Assembly: GCA_017462385.1 (NCBI GenBank)
Contig: JAFTRE010000024.1
Location: 48,925 to 112,924 of the forward strand
Source of the DNA: Clostridia bacterium
GTDB taxonomy: Bacteria > Bacillota > Clostridia > Oscillospirales > CAG-272
Length of the DNA: 64,000 nt
Direction: 5' to 3'
This document shows, one piece after another, positions 9,334 to 18,099 of the stretch (positions are counted from its first letter, which is position 1; every line of letters starts with the position of its first letter). The notes below the pieces were generated by a model, which had not been told where the DNA came from, did not search any database, and was given only the letters and a program-made list of their open reading frames with translations. A program made the position numbers and the translations under genes.

Positions 9334-10137
9334 ATGTTATCTTTTAACCAATGTCTATACACGTTTTTGGACAGTAAATTAGACATGAATGAGCCCACTA
9401 AAATAGCACTTATGATAGGACTTATGATTGCCAGTGCTGCAGTGGGATATTTTCTGGGCAGTCTGAATTTTGCCATAATGCTGTCAAAGCGCTTTCATCA
9501 TGAAGATGTCCGCGAGCATGGCAGCGGAAATGCCGGTGCCACAAATATGTTGCGCACATACGGTAAGGGGATGGCGGCACTGACGCTGGTAGGCGATATG
9601 CTTAAATGCGCGATTGCCATATTAATCGGTGCACTGCTCTGGGTAGACGGTGCATATATCGCCGGACTTTTCTGTGTGATAGGTCACGTGTTTCCGTGCT
9701 GGTTTCACTTCCGCGGCGGTAAGGGCGTAGCAGTTGCTGCGGCTGTGATACTTATGACCAGTCCTATAGTTTTTTTGCTGGTCATTTTGGTGTTTGCGGT
9801 CATTGTTTTGAGCACAAAATATGTGTCGTTGGCCTCCGTGATGGCGGCGTTGGTTTACCCTGTGTTTTTGTCGTCAATGAATACTGTTTCGGGAAATGAG
9901 GGCAGCTTTAATATTATAATGGCGTTTTTGATAACTACTATCGTAGTGGTCATGCACCGTCAAAATATCAAGCGCCTGCTTGACAAGACCGAGCCTAAAA
10001 TTTCGTTAGGTAAGAAAAAAAAGCAAGTTGAAGATGTTGAGAACGATGAGTCCGCTGACGATGCTGAACAAACTCAGCAAATGACGGCTAACTATAAGCG
10101 CTATCAAAACAAAAAGAGCAAAAAGGGGAATAAATAA
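9334..10137 (+). CDS. plsY: Glycerol-3-phosphate acyltransferase PlsY, with charged C-terminal tail
   Basis: GSGNAGATNMLRTYGK and HVFP..F.F.GGKGVA motifs. Has ~50 extra Lys/Asp/Glu-rich residues at the C-terminus. Confidence 0.9.
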   Translation: MLSFNQCLYTFLDSKLDMNEPTKIALMIGLMIASAAVGYFLGSLNFAIMLSKRFHHEDVREHGSGNAGATNMLRTYGKGMAALTLVGDMLKCAIAILIGALLWVDGAYIAGLFCVIGHVFPCWFHFRGGKGVAVAAAVILMTSPIVFLLVILVFAVIVLSTKYVSLASVMAALVYPVFLSSMNTVSGNEGSFNIIMAFLITTIVVVMHRQNIKRLLDKTEPKISLGKKKKQVEDVENDESADDAEQTQQMTANYKRYQNKKSKKGNK

Positions 10138-11309
10138 TGAAGTCGGATCAGATCGGCGCGGCGACCCGACTTGCGGAGCTTTTGATATTGGCGGCTGAGC
10201 GCGGTATATTGAAGCGAGCGGTACTGTCAAAATCGGATGACATAGATGTCAAGCGCGCGGAATTGAGAAGTGTAGTGCTGTCACGTGGGGCGGCCCTTCA
10301 GCTTGAAGTGTTTACCTCGGACAATAAAGCACATCACCGAAATATAATGTTGCCGTGTAAGCCGGATGATATTGAGTCAGTGATCGCTTGCTATAAGCAA
10401 GTAAATTTGTTGACAACGGTGGGCGACTGCGAATACAGAAGATCAAAATCAGGCAATTCAACTATTATAGGCGATAAAAAATTGCGTGATGTGATGCTTT
10501 CGGAACAGGTACACAAGGCAGAGAAACAAACCAATGACAGAAAGAAAACGCATATTTTGAGCGGTGACGAGCCCTTTTTGAAGCTGCTTGGTGTAAGTGA
10601 TGCCAATGGACGGGTGTATGACAAGAAGCAGTCCAAGTTCCGACAGATAAATAAATTCCTTGAGCACATAGAGCAGATCGAAAAGCATTTGCCGAATGAC
10701 AGCATTCGTATATGCGATCTTTGTTGCGGAAAGAGCTATCTGTCGTTTGCAGTATATCATTATTTTGCCGTTATTAAGGGTATGAGAGTCCGCATGACAG
10801 GTGTTGATCTTAAGGCGGATGTCATTGAATATTGCTCACAAGTGACAAAAGAACTTGGATTTGAGGGGCTTGAATTTGTTTGCGGTGATATAAATGAATA
10901 TTTGACAGATGAGTCGCCCCAGCTTGTTATATCGCTTCATGCTTGTGACACGGCTACCGATATCGTGCTGAATAAAGCGGCAGAGTGGGGAGCGGATGTT
11001 ATTTTGTCAACGCCCTGTTGTCACCATGAGCTCAATCATACTCTACGTTGTCCCGAGCTCGATTTTATCGCGGGATATTCTATGCTTCGTCAGAAGCTGT
11101 GCGATGCGGCGACCGATGCTATGCGTCTCAAGCTCCTTGAAGCGCGTGGTTATACCACTGCTGCTCTGGAGCTTATCGATCCTGAAGAAACACCCAAAAA
11201 CATTATGCTGCGGGCGATCAGGCGACACGGTTTTGATCCCGACGGTGCAGAAGCGCGTAAGCTGATGCAGGAGTATAGCGATATCAGAGAGTTTTTAATA
11301 AGATCGTAA
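10137..11309 (+). CDS. Class I SAM-dependent methyltransferase with unassigned N-terminal domain
   Basis: DLCCGKSYLS (motif I-like) and SLHACDTATD resemble Methyltransf_32-type proteins. The start overlaps the plsY stop by 1 nt (TAATG). Confidence 0.7.
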   Translation: MKSDQIGAATRLAELLILAAERGILKRAVLSKSDDIDVKRAELRSVVLSRGAALQLEVFTSDNKAHHRNIMLPCKPDDIESVIACYKQVNLLTTVGDCEYRRSKSGNSTIIGDKKLRDVMLSEQVHKAEKQTNDRKKTHILSGDEPFLKLLGVSDANGRVYDKKQSKFRQINKFLEHIEQIEKHLPNDSIRICDLCCGKSYLSFAVYHYFAVIKGMRVRMTGVDLKADVIEYCSQVTKELGFEGLEFVCGDINEYLTDESPQLVISLHACDTATDIVLNKAAEWGADVILSTPCCHHELNHTLRCPELDFIAGYSMLRQKLCDAATDAMRLKLLEARGYTTAALELIDPEETPKNIMLRAIRRHGFDPDGAEARKLMQEYSDIREFLIRS

Positions 11310-11310
11310 T

Positions 11311-11357
11311 ATAAACGAACACGGCGCACAGTTTTACTGTGCGCCGTGTTCGTTTAT
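11311..11357. terminator. Bidirectional intrinsic terminator
   Basis: Perfect 21-bp inverted repeat ATAAACGAACACGGCGCACAG-TTTTA-CTGTGCGCCGTGTTCGTTTAT between convergent genes. Confidence 0.75.
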
Positions 11358-11367
11358 ATTATTACTA

Positions 11368-12444
11368 TTAGTCCAGATATCCGAGTCTGTACAACAGCTC
11401 TGCTGTGAGCACACCGCCGCCTGCGGCGCCACGGAGCGTGTTGTGGGACAGACCAACGAACTTGTAATCAAACAGAGTATCTTCACGGAGTCTGCCTGCG
11501 CATACACCCATTCCTCCGTATATATCACGGTCGATACCCGCCTGCGGGTGGTTGTCCTCCTCGAAATAGGTAATAAACTGCTCGGGGGCATGGGGGAGCT
11601 TAAGCTCCTGCGGGAGTCCGCGGAAGTTGCGCCATGCTTCGAGTATTTCTTCTTTGGAGGGCTTGTTTTCAAAGCTGATGAATACAGCCGCGGTGTGACC
11701 GTCGGTAACGGGAACGCGGATGCATTGGGTGGTGATCAGCGGGCCATCTGCTTTAACGATGGCGCCGTCACGAACGCTACCCCAAACTCGAAGCGGCTCT
11801 TGCTCGCTCTTTTCTTCCTCGCCGCCGATATAGGGAATGACATTATCCTGCATTTCGGGCCATTCGCGGAAGGTCTTACCGGCACCCGATATCGCCTGAT
11901 ATGTAGTGGCGACGATTTTGGTGGGCTTGAACTTGAGCAGGGGAGTGATCATGGGGACATATGACTGAATAGAGCAGTTGGGCTTGACAGCGATGAAGCC
12001 ATGGCGAGTGCCGAGACGGGCACGCTGTGCTTCAATTACTTCGAGGTGCCCCGGATTGATCTCGGGAATTATCATGGGAACATCGGGAGTCCAACGGTTG
12101 GCGGAGTTGTTGGAAACCACGGGGATCTCCGCTTTGGCATAAGCCTCCTCAAGCGCCAATATCTCGTCTTTCTTCATATCGACAGCGCAGAAAACAAAGT
12201 CAACAAGCTCTGCCATCTCGCTGATGTGAGAAGCGTCAATGACCTTCATGGATGCGGCAAACGCGGGCATGGGAGTTTTAAGTTTCCAACGACCGCCGAG
12301 CGCCTCCTCGTATGTTTTACCCGCCGAGCGTGCCGATGCCGCAAGAGCGGTGACTTCAAAATAGGGGTGATTATCCAGCAGTGTTAAAAATCTCTGACCT
12401 ACCATGCCGGTAGCGCCGATGATGCCGGCTCTGAGTTTCTTCAT
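11368..12444 (-). CDS. asd: Aspartate-semialdehyde dehydrogenase
   Basis: GIIGATGMVGQRF Rossmann N-terminus and a PNCSIQ active-site Cys motif. GGAGATAATT RBS before MKKLRAG (the ORF-track start at 12477 is rejected). Confidence 0.88.
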   Translation of the reverse strand: MKKLRAGIIGATGMVGQRFLTLLDNHPYFEVTALAASARSAGKTYEEALGGRWKLKTPMPAFAASMKVIDASHISEMAELVDFVFCAVDMKKDEILALEEAYAKAEIPVVSNNSANRWTPDVPMIIPEINPGHLEVIEAQRARLGTRHGFIAVKPNCSIQSYVPMITPLLKFKPTKIVATTYQAISGAGKTFREWPEMQDNVIPYIGGEEEKSEQEPLRVWGSVRDGAIVKADGPLITTQCIRVPVTDGHTAAVFISFENKPSKEEILEAWRNFRGLPQELKLPHAPEQFITYFEEDNHPQAGIDRDIYGGMGVCAGRLREDTLFDYKFVGLSHNTLRGAAGGGVLTAELLYRLGYLD

Positions 12445-12526
12445 AATTATCTCCGTTGAAAAAATATTTAATAGCAATATAATAACACATTATTCGATCA
12501 AAATCAATATGTATTATAAACAATAT

Positions 12527-13402
12527 TTATTTTTGGATCGTCTTTTTGTATATATCATTTTTTGGTACACCGCGATCATGCGCCACTTTTTTTACAGCCT
12601 CGCGGCGCTCCGTGCCTTCGTTTATATAATATTCGAGATGCTCCTCAACTGTCATATCCTGCCAGAAGCAAGCTTTTTCTTTTGCCTCCGTACCGGATAT
12701 GACCAGCACGTATTCGCCGCGCGGCTGTGTCTCGTCGTAGTATTTTATTGCTTCGCCAAGCGTTGTTCGGATGACCTGCTCGTTGAGCTTTGTAAGCTCA
12801 CGGCAGAGCGATATTTTTCGGTCATTTCCAAGTGCCGAGGCAAGGTCGGCGAGCGTTGTGCGCAGCTTGTGCGGAGCTTCGTGTAATATTATAGTGCGGT
12901 CTTCATTTTTCAGCGCTTCAAGGCGTTCTCGGCGTTCCGATTTGCTGACGGGAAGAAAGCCTTCAAAGCAAAAGCGCGCGGTGGCAAGCCCGGAAAGAGT
13001 GAGCGCACATATGGCGGCGCAAGCGCCCGGAACGGATATGACAGTGATGTCATGCTCGGCGCACAGTCGCACCAGATCCTCTCCGGGGTCACTTATTGCG
13101 GGAGTTCCTGCGTCGGTGATAAGTGCGCAGGACTCTCCGGCGCCAAGCCTTTTTATTATTGCTTCACCGCGTTCGCGCTTATTATGCTCGAAATAAGAGA
13201 TGAGCGGCTTTGATATGCCGAAGTGTGTCAGCAGACGAAGCGAGTTGCGTGTGTCTTCGGCGGCGATGAAATCTACCTCGGACAGCACCTTGAGCGCTCG
13301 CTCCGACATATCCGAGAGATTTCCGATAGGTGTTGCGACAAGATATAGGCATCTGCCGCGTGTGATGTTTTTTTCGCATACGCCGACGTTGTTGTCTGAC
13401 AT
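12527..13402 (-). CDS. rsmI: 16S rRNA (cytidine1402-2'-O)-methyltransferase
   Basis: LYLVATPIGNLSDMSERALKVL..DFIAAEDTR tetrapyrrole-methylase-type N-terminus typical of RsmI. Confidence 0.9.
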   Translation of the reverse strand: MSDNNVGVCEKNITRGRCLYLVATPIGNLSDMSERALKVLSEVDFIAAEDTRNSLRLLTHFGISKPLISYFEHNKRERGEAIIKRLGAGESCALITDAGTPAISDPGEDLVRLCAEHDITVISVPGACAAICALTLSGLATARFCFEGFLPVSKSERRERLEALKNEDRTIILHEAPHKLRTTLADLASALGNDRKISLCRELTKLNEQVIRTTLGEAIKYYDETQPRGEYVLVISGTEAKEKACFWQDMTVEEHLEYYINEGTERREAVKKVAHDRGVPKNDIYKKTIQK

Positions 13403-13490
13403 TATAAAGAACTGCCTTTCCCGAGCACACTGCGGGAGTTGCCCGAATATACTTTGATTAAACGGTAAAAATTTTTGTGGGGGAATTAGT

Positions 13491-14057
13491 ATGGCGATAA
13501 AAATTTACATAGACCAAGGTCACAATCCTGTCAATCCAAACGCGGGTGCCGAAGGCAACGGGCTGCGTGAGCAGGACATCGTATATGCCATTGGTCAACG
13601 GTTGGCGACACTGCTCCGAAACGATGACAGATTTGATGTGCGGTTATCGCGCCCGACCGCGACTACTCAACTTGGTACGTCCAATACGACAAGCCTTGCG
13701 GCTCGTGTCAATGATGCAAATTCATGGGGGGCGGACTATTTCATCAGCCTGCACACCAATGCATCAGATATTGCGAGCGCCAGCGGTAGCGAGGCATATG
13801 CATATTCACGTGCGTCGGAGGGCTTCGTCTTGGGAGAACGTATATTGTATTGGCTCAACAGCATGACAGGGCTTGCAAACAGGGGGATGTATACACGCCC
13901 GGGTTTGTATATACTGCGGCGCACCAACATGCCCTCGGTGCTTGTTGAGCTTGGATTTATCACCAAGTATTATGACGCAAATCTCATGAGTACACGACCC
14001 GATCTTTTTGCCGAGGGTGTGTACTACGGATTGCTTGATTATTTTGGGTTACTTTGA
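13491..14057 (+). CDS. N-acetylmuramoyl-L-alanine amidase (Amidase_3 catalytic domain only)
   Basis: IYIDQGHN...GADYFISLHTNA...PSVLVELGF motifs. 188 aa with no signal peptide or wall-binding domain visible. Confidence 0.8.
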   Translation: MAIKIYIDQGHNPVNPNAGAEGNGLREQDIVYAIGQRLATLLRNDDRFDVRLSRPTATTQLGTSNTTSLAARVNDANSWGADYFISLHTNASDIASASGSEAYAYSRASEGFVLGERILYWLNSMTGLANRGMYTRPGLYILRRTNMPSVLVELGFITKYYDANLMSTRPDLFAEGVYYGLLDYFGLL

Positions 14058-14819
14058 TGCTTTGATAAGCAGACGCAGGGCTTCTATTGCTGTTTTTATC
14101 GCGCTTGACGTATCGTGGCTTTCATCTGCGGAGGTGTCGAGCCCTGCATTTGCGCGCTCTTGATTCCATACAACATGAAAGACTGCGCCTGTTCGCACCC
14201 CGAGTGTCGCACCGACGGTAAACAGCGTGGAGGCTTCCATTTCGCTTGCAAGCACGCCGAGACGCTTCCAAGCCTCCCATTTAGCATTTAACTCGCTTGC
14301 GGTGGGCATTCGCTGTGGGCTGTGCTGACCGTAAAATGAATCCTTACTCTGTACTACACCGATGTGCGCAGACAGCTTCAATGCGCTTGCGGCATCGCGT
14401 AATGCAAACAAAACATCGGCGTCCGCAACCGCCGGGAATTCTATAGGTGCATATTCTCGGCTCGTGCCGTCCTGACGAACGGCTCCGGAGGCGATGACAA
14501 CATCACCGTTACATACCTTGAGTGCTATTCCTCCGCAGGTGCCGACACGGATCATGGTGTGTACCCCGCAGGCCGCAAGCTCCTCAACGGCGATAGCGGT
14601 TGAGGGGCCGCCGATCCCGGTGGAGCAGACCAAAACCTGTTCTCCGTCAAGCGTGCCGCGCCAGATGTTATACTCTCGGTTAAAGCTTATTTGCTTTGCA
14701 TTGTCGAGAAGCGCGGCTATTTTTTCGCAGCGCCCGGGATCTCCCGGAAGTATAGCGTATCCGGCGGCATCGGCGGGAGATATGTTTATATGATATTGAA
14801 TGACATGGCTATCTAACAT
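14049..14819 (-). CDS. Nucleoside phosphorylase (uridine phosphorylase / PNP-UDP family)
   Basis: LPGDPGRCEKIA...STGIGGPSTAIAVEEL...GTCGG motifs. AAGGAG RBS favours the Met at MLDSH. The 3' end overlaps the convergent amidase gene by 9 nt. Confidence 0.8.
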   Translation of the reverse strand: MLDSHVIQYHINISPADAAGYAILPGDPGRCEKIAALLDNAKQISFNREYNIWRGTLDGEQVLVCSTGIGGPSTAIAVEELAACGVHTMIRVGTCGGIALKVCNGDVVIASGAVRQDGTSREYAPIEFPAVADADVLFALRDAASALKLSAHIGVVQSKDSFYGQHSPQRMPTASELNAKWEAWKRLGVLASEMEASTLFTVGATLGVRTGAVFHVVWNQERANAGLDTSADESHDTSSAIKTAIEALRLLIKASK

Positions 14820-14911
14820 CGAGCTCTCCTTCATGGGGGAATTTACCCATGTTATCTATCGTTAACGTATTATTAAAATCGTTTTTTGCAGGGAATATTA
14901 TAAGTGTAATT

Positions 14912-15787
14912 TCAGTTGAAGCGGATGGCGTAGGTGAAGTCGAAGCTGTCACCCGAGGAGAGACGAACCAGCTCCGGTTTTGTCGCAAGGTCTTCATCAA
15001 CGCCGTCCATGCTGGGAAGTCCAATCCACGGCTCAAGGCACACAAAAGGAGCTTCGGTGAGCGGTGAGTGCCAGAGGCCGAAATATTTTACCTGAGGGCA
15101 AGTGACTGTCACTGAATGTTTATCCTTATTTGATGCAAGCGTGACAGAGGTTGGCACATTTTTGAAGAATATAGCATCATTGTCAAACAAGGAGTGCTTA
15201 AGATCAATATATCTTCCGTCGCGAAGCGGGTAATTTTCGTCCTTGCCCGTTACGAAGCAGGTGTCGGAGAATATCATTTTGGTCAGATTTTCTATGTTTC
15301 CGAAATCAACGTAGTAATCTTCAAAGCTCAATCCGTCGGCAAGCGGAACATTAAAGCCCGGGTGACCGCCGGTAGCAAAGGGAAGAATGTCATCTCCGGT
15401 GTTGGTTATATGAAAACGGCAGTTCAGAGTGTTGCCTTCAAGCGTGTAGATTATTTTGAGTTCAAAATCAAACGGATAGACTTTTTTAGTTTCATCGTTT
15501 CCGATGAGAGTAAAAACAAGCGAGTTGTCGTCCGCGGATTCAAGGGCAAAATCTGTACCGCGCGCAAACCCGTGACAACGCATCTCATAGCTCTCGTCGC
15601 GATATGTATATTTTCCCCCAAAAAATCTTCCGCAGACAGGGAAAATGTTAGATGCACGCGAATTCCAATAAGGAGCAGTGCCTTGCCAGAGATATTCTGT
15701 ACCGTCGGTGCTCTTGACGGAAAAAAGCTCTGCGCCGCGTTCGTTTACAGTTATTGTGAGCTTATCGTTGTGAATTGTATGTGTCAT
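14912..15787 (-). CDS. Aldose 1-epimerase family protein (LacX-like)
   Basis: 291 aa, with FPFxF...GGHPGFNVPL motifs of the galactose mutarotase-like fold. Confidence 0.8.
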   Translation of the reverse strand: MTHTIHNDKLTITVNERGAELFSVKSTDGTEYLWQGTAPYWNSRASNIFPVCGRFFGGKYTYRDESYEMRCHGFARGTDFALESADDNSLVFTLIGNDETKKVYPFDFELKIIYTLEGNTLNCRFHITNTGDDILPFATGGHPGFNVPLADGLSFEDYYVDFGNIENLTKMIFSDTCFVTGKDENYPLRDGRYIDLKHSLFDNDAIFFKNVPTSVTLASNKDKHSVTVTCPQVKYFGLWHSPLTEAPFVCLEPWIGLPSMDGVDEDLATKPELVRLSSGDSFDFTYAIRFN

Positions 15788-15878
15788 GATGCTTCTCCTT
15801 CAAAACTGAAATTTATATTATATTTATTATAACACATAGCTCGGATAAAATCAATAATATTACAAAAGGATAAAGGCA

Positions 15879-16868
15879 TTGAATAAAATAATTGAATTGG
15901 ATACGGGACTTATTGCGGCGGCGTCTGCCGTAGGCAAAATGGAGTCCGAGGGCCCATTGGGTGAGCTTTTTGATATCAAGGACGACAGCGATAAATACGG
16001 TATGGACAGTTTTGAACGTGCGGAAGCTGCCATGCAGCTTGCGGCCATGAATACGGCGATTGCAAAGTCGGGGGTGCGCGAGACAGACATTGAGGCGCTG
16101 TTTGCGGGAGATCTTATGAATCAGTGTACAAGCTCGGCGTATGGTCTGCTTACTTTTGATATACCTTATTTCGGACTTTATGGTGCTTGTTCTACAGCTG
16201 CCGAATCGATAATGCTGGCATCGATGGCGACATCAAACGGTATATTTGAATACGCGGCGGCGATCACATCATCGCATTATTGCACCGCTGAGCGTCAATA
16301 CCGTTCACCGCTCGAATACGGCTCACAGCGCCCGCCGACAGCTCAATGGACAGTTACAGGCTCGGGAGCATTTATTATCGGCAGAGGCGGGAAGGTGCGC
16401 ATTACAGGGGCTTTGCCCGGTATTGTACGTGAGATGGGAGTGCGTGATGCCAATAATATGGGAGCGGCAATGGCACCTGCTGCTGCAGATACCATATTGC
16501 GGTATTATTCATATTGCGGCGGTAATTTGGATGGCATAGACCTTATAGTCACCGGTGACTTGGGGGCTGAAGGGCTTGATATTCTTAAAGATATTATCGG
16601 ACGGGACAAGCCTGACATTGTGGAAAAGTTGACCGATTGCGGTACTTTGATATACGATATGAAGCGACAGGATGTCCACAGCGGAGGCTCGGGATGTGGA
16701 TGCTCGGCGGTTGTGCTGGCATCGTATCTTTTGCCGAAGCTTGAGCGAGGGGAATTGCGCGGAATATTGTTTATAGGAACGGGGGCGATGATGAGCCCTA
16801 TGACTATACAGCAGGGAGAAGGCATTCCCGCCATAGCCCATCTCGTTCGAATTGAGGCAGGGAGGTGA
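15879..16868 (+). CDS. spoVAD: Stage V sporulation protein AD
   Basis: 329 aa thiolase-like fold. AVGKMESEGPLGELFD N-terminus typical of SpoVAD, followed by spoVAE. TTG start taken from the ORF track; the exact start is uncertain. Confidence 0.85.
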   Translation: MNKIIELDTGLIAAASAVGKMESEGPLGELFDIKDDSDKYGMDSFERAEAAMQLAAMNTAIAKSGVRETDIEALFAGDLMNQCTSSAYGLLTFDIPYFGLYGACSTAAESIMLASMATSNGIFEYAAAITSSHYCTAERQYRSPLEYGSQRPPTAQWTVTGSGAFIIGRGGKVRITGALPGIVREMGVRDANNMGAAMAPAAADTILRYYSYCGGNLDGIDLIVTGDLGAEGLDILKDIIGRDKPDIVEKLTDCGTLIYDMKRQDVHSGGSGCGCSAVVLASYLLPKLERGELRGILFIGTGAMMSPMTIQQGEGIPAIAHLVRIEAGR

Positions 16869-16875
16869 GAGCACT

Positions 16876-17238
16876 ATGATCATGGATTATGTATGGGCGT
16901 TTGTGTTTGGCGGATTGCTTTGTGTAATAGCACAAATATTGATAGATAAAACAAAGCTCACACCCGCCAGAATACTTGTTGGGTATGTTGTAGCGGGTGT
17001 GATATTGGGGGCTGTCGGTATTTACCGACCGTTTGCCGAATTTGCCGGCGCAGGAGCTACAACTCCGTTGACCGGTTTCGGATATCTTATATCCAAGGGA
17101 ATAGCCGAGGATGTTGATAAAAACGGATTGCTCGGTATTTTTACCGGTGCGCTTCGTGCCGCCGCGGGCGGTACTGCCGCGGCATTGATATTTGGTTATG
17201 TGGTTGCGATGCTGTTTCGCAGTAAATCAAAGGGCTGA
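16876..17238 (+). CDS. spoVAE: Stage V sporulation protein AE
   Basis: Small membrane protein. KLTPARILV...GAGATTPLTGFG motif. GGAGGTG RBS before ATG 16876. Confidence 0.85.
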   Translation: MIMDYVWAFVFGGLLCVIAQILIDKTKLTPARILVGYVVAGVILGAVGIYRPFAEFAGAGATTPLTGFGYLISKGIAEDVDKNGLLGIFTGALRAAAGGTAAALIFGYVVAMLFRSKSKG

Positions 17239-17240
17239 AC

Positions 17241-17939
17241 TTATGTATTGCGGCTGTTACCTGTAAATGCATCGAATAGCTTATCGAGCGCGGCTTTTTC
17301 AATGCGGCTGACATATGAACGCGATATGCCGAGTATGTCAGCCGCTTCGCGTTGGGTATACTGTCTGCTGCCGTACAGACCGTAGCGCATAATGATTATT
17401 TGCTTTTCACGTTCTGAGAGTACGGTGTTTATGTATTTCAGCATACGGTCTGTTTGCATTTTCAGATCGACCTCGTCCGTTACGGATTCCTCACAGCTTA
17501 TTACATCGATGTATGTAAGCGGATTTCCGTCACGGTCCATATCTATGGTCTCGTTGATGGAGACTTCATTGAGCAGCTTCTTTTGTGATCGGAAATACAT
17601 CAGGACCTCGTTTTGTATGCATTTGGCGGCGTAAGTGGCGAATTTGGTGGGCTTGGTGCTGTCAAAGCTGTCCACCGCCTTTACCAGCCCTATCGAGCCG
17701 ACGGATATGAGATCGTCCTGAGACTTACTGCCCGAATAATATTTTCGTACGATATGCGCGACAAGACGCAGATTATGCAGTATAAGCTGTTGACGGGCCT
17801 CGCTGTCGCCGTCTCGCATGAGGGCAAAATAGCGTGCCTCATCCTCGGATGAAAGCGGCGGTGGAAATGTGTGTGTGTTTCCGACTCCGAGAATTAGTCC
17901 GAGAAGATGCGAAAAAACAGAAAAAATGTAGGTATACAC
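17241..17939 (-). CDS. sigK: RNA polymerase sporulation sigma factor K (pro-sigma-K), uninterrupted
   Basis: FPPPLS..EE, HNLRLVAHIV, DDLISVGSIGLVKAV and ISRSYVSRIEKAAL match B. subtilis SigK better than SigE. GGAGG, 6 nt, then a GTG start at 17939. The upstream part of the 390-aa ORF is judged non-coding. Confidence 0.85.
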   Translation of the reverse strand: MYTYIFSVFSHLLGLILGVGNTHTFPPPLSSEDEARYFALMRDGDSEARQQLILHNLRLVAHIVRKYYSGSKSQDDLISVGSIGLVKAVDSFDSTKPTKFATYAAKCIQNEVLMYFRSQKKLLNEVSINETIDMDRDGNPLTYIDVISCEESVTDEVDLKMQTDRMLKYINTVLSEREKQIIIMRYGLYGSRQYTQREAADILGISRSYVSRIEKAALDKLFDAFTGNSRNT

Positions 17940-18099
17940 AGGTTGCCTCCGATGTTCTTTTTTGATAATATATGCTTTGAATGCCTGTCTTGTTGAGATG
18001 CAAGAAAATAAGATCTGTTTGTTTGGCGATTGATATTGACAACAACGGGGGAAAGTGATAAAATAAACCATAATAATGATGAATTGAGGTAGTGTTACC

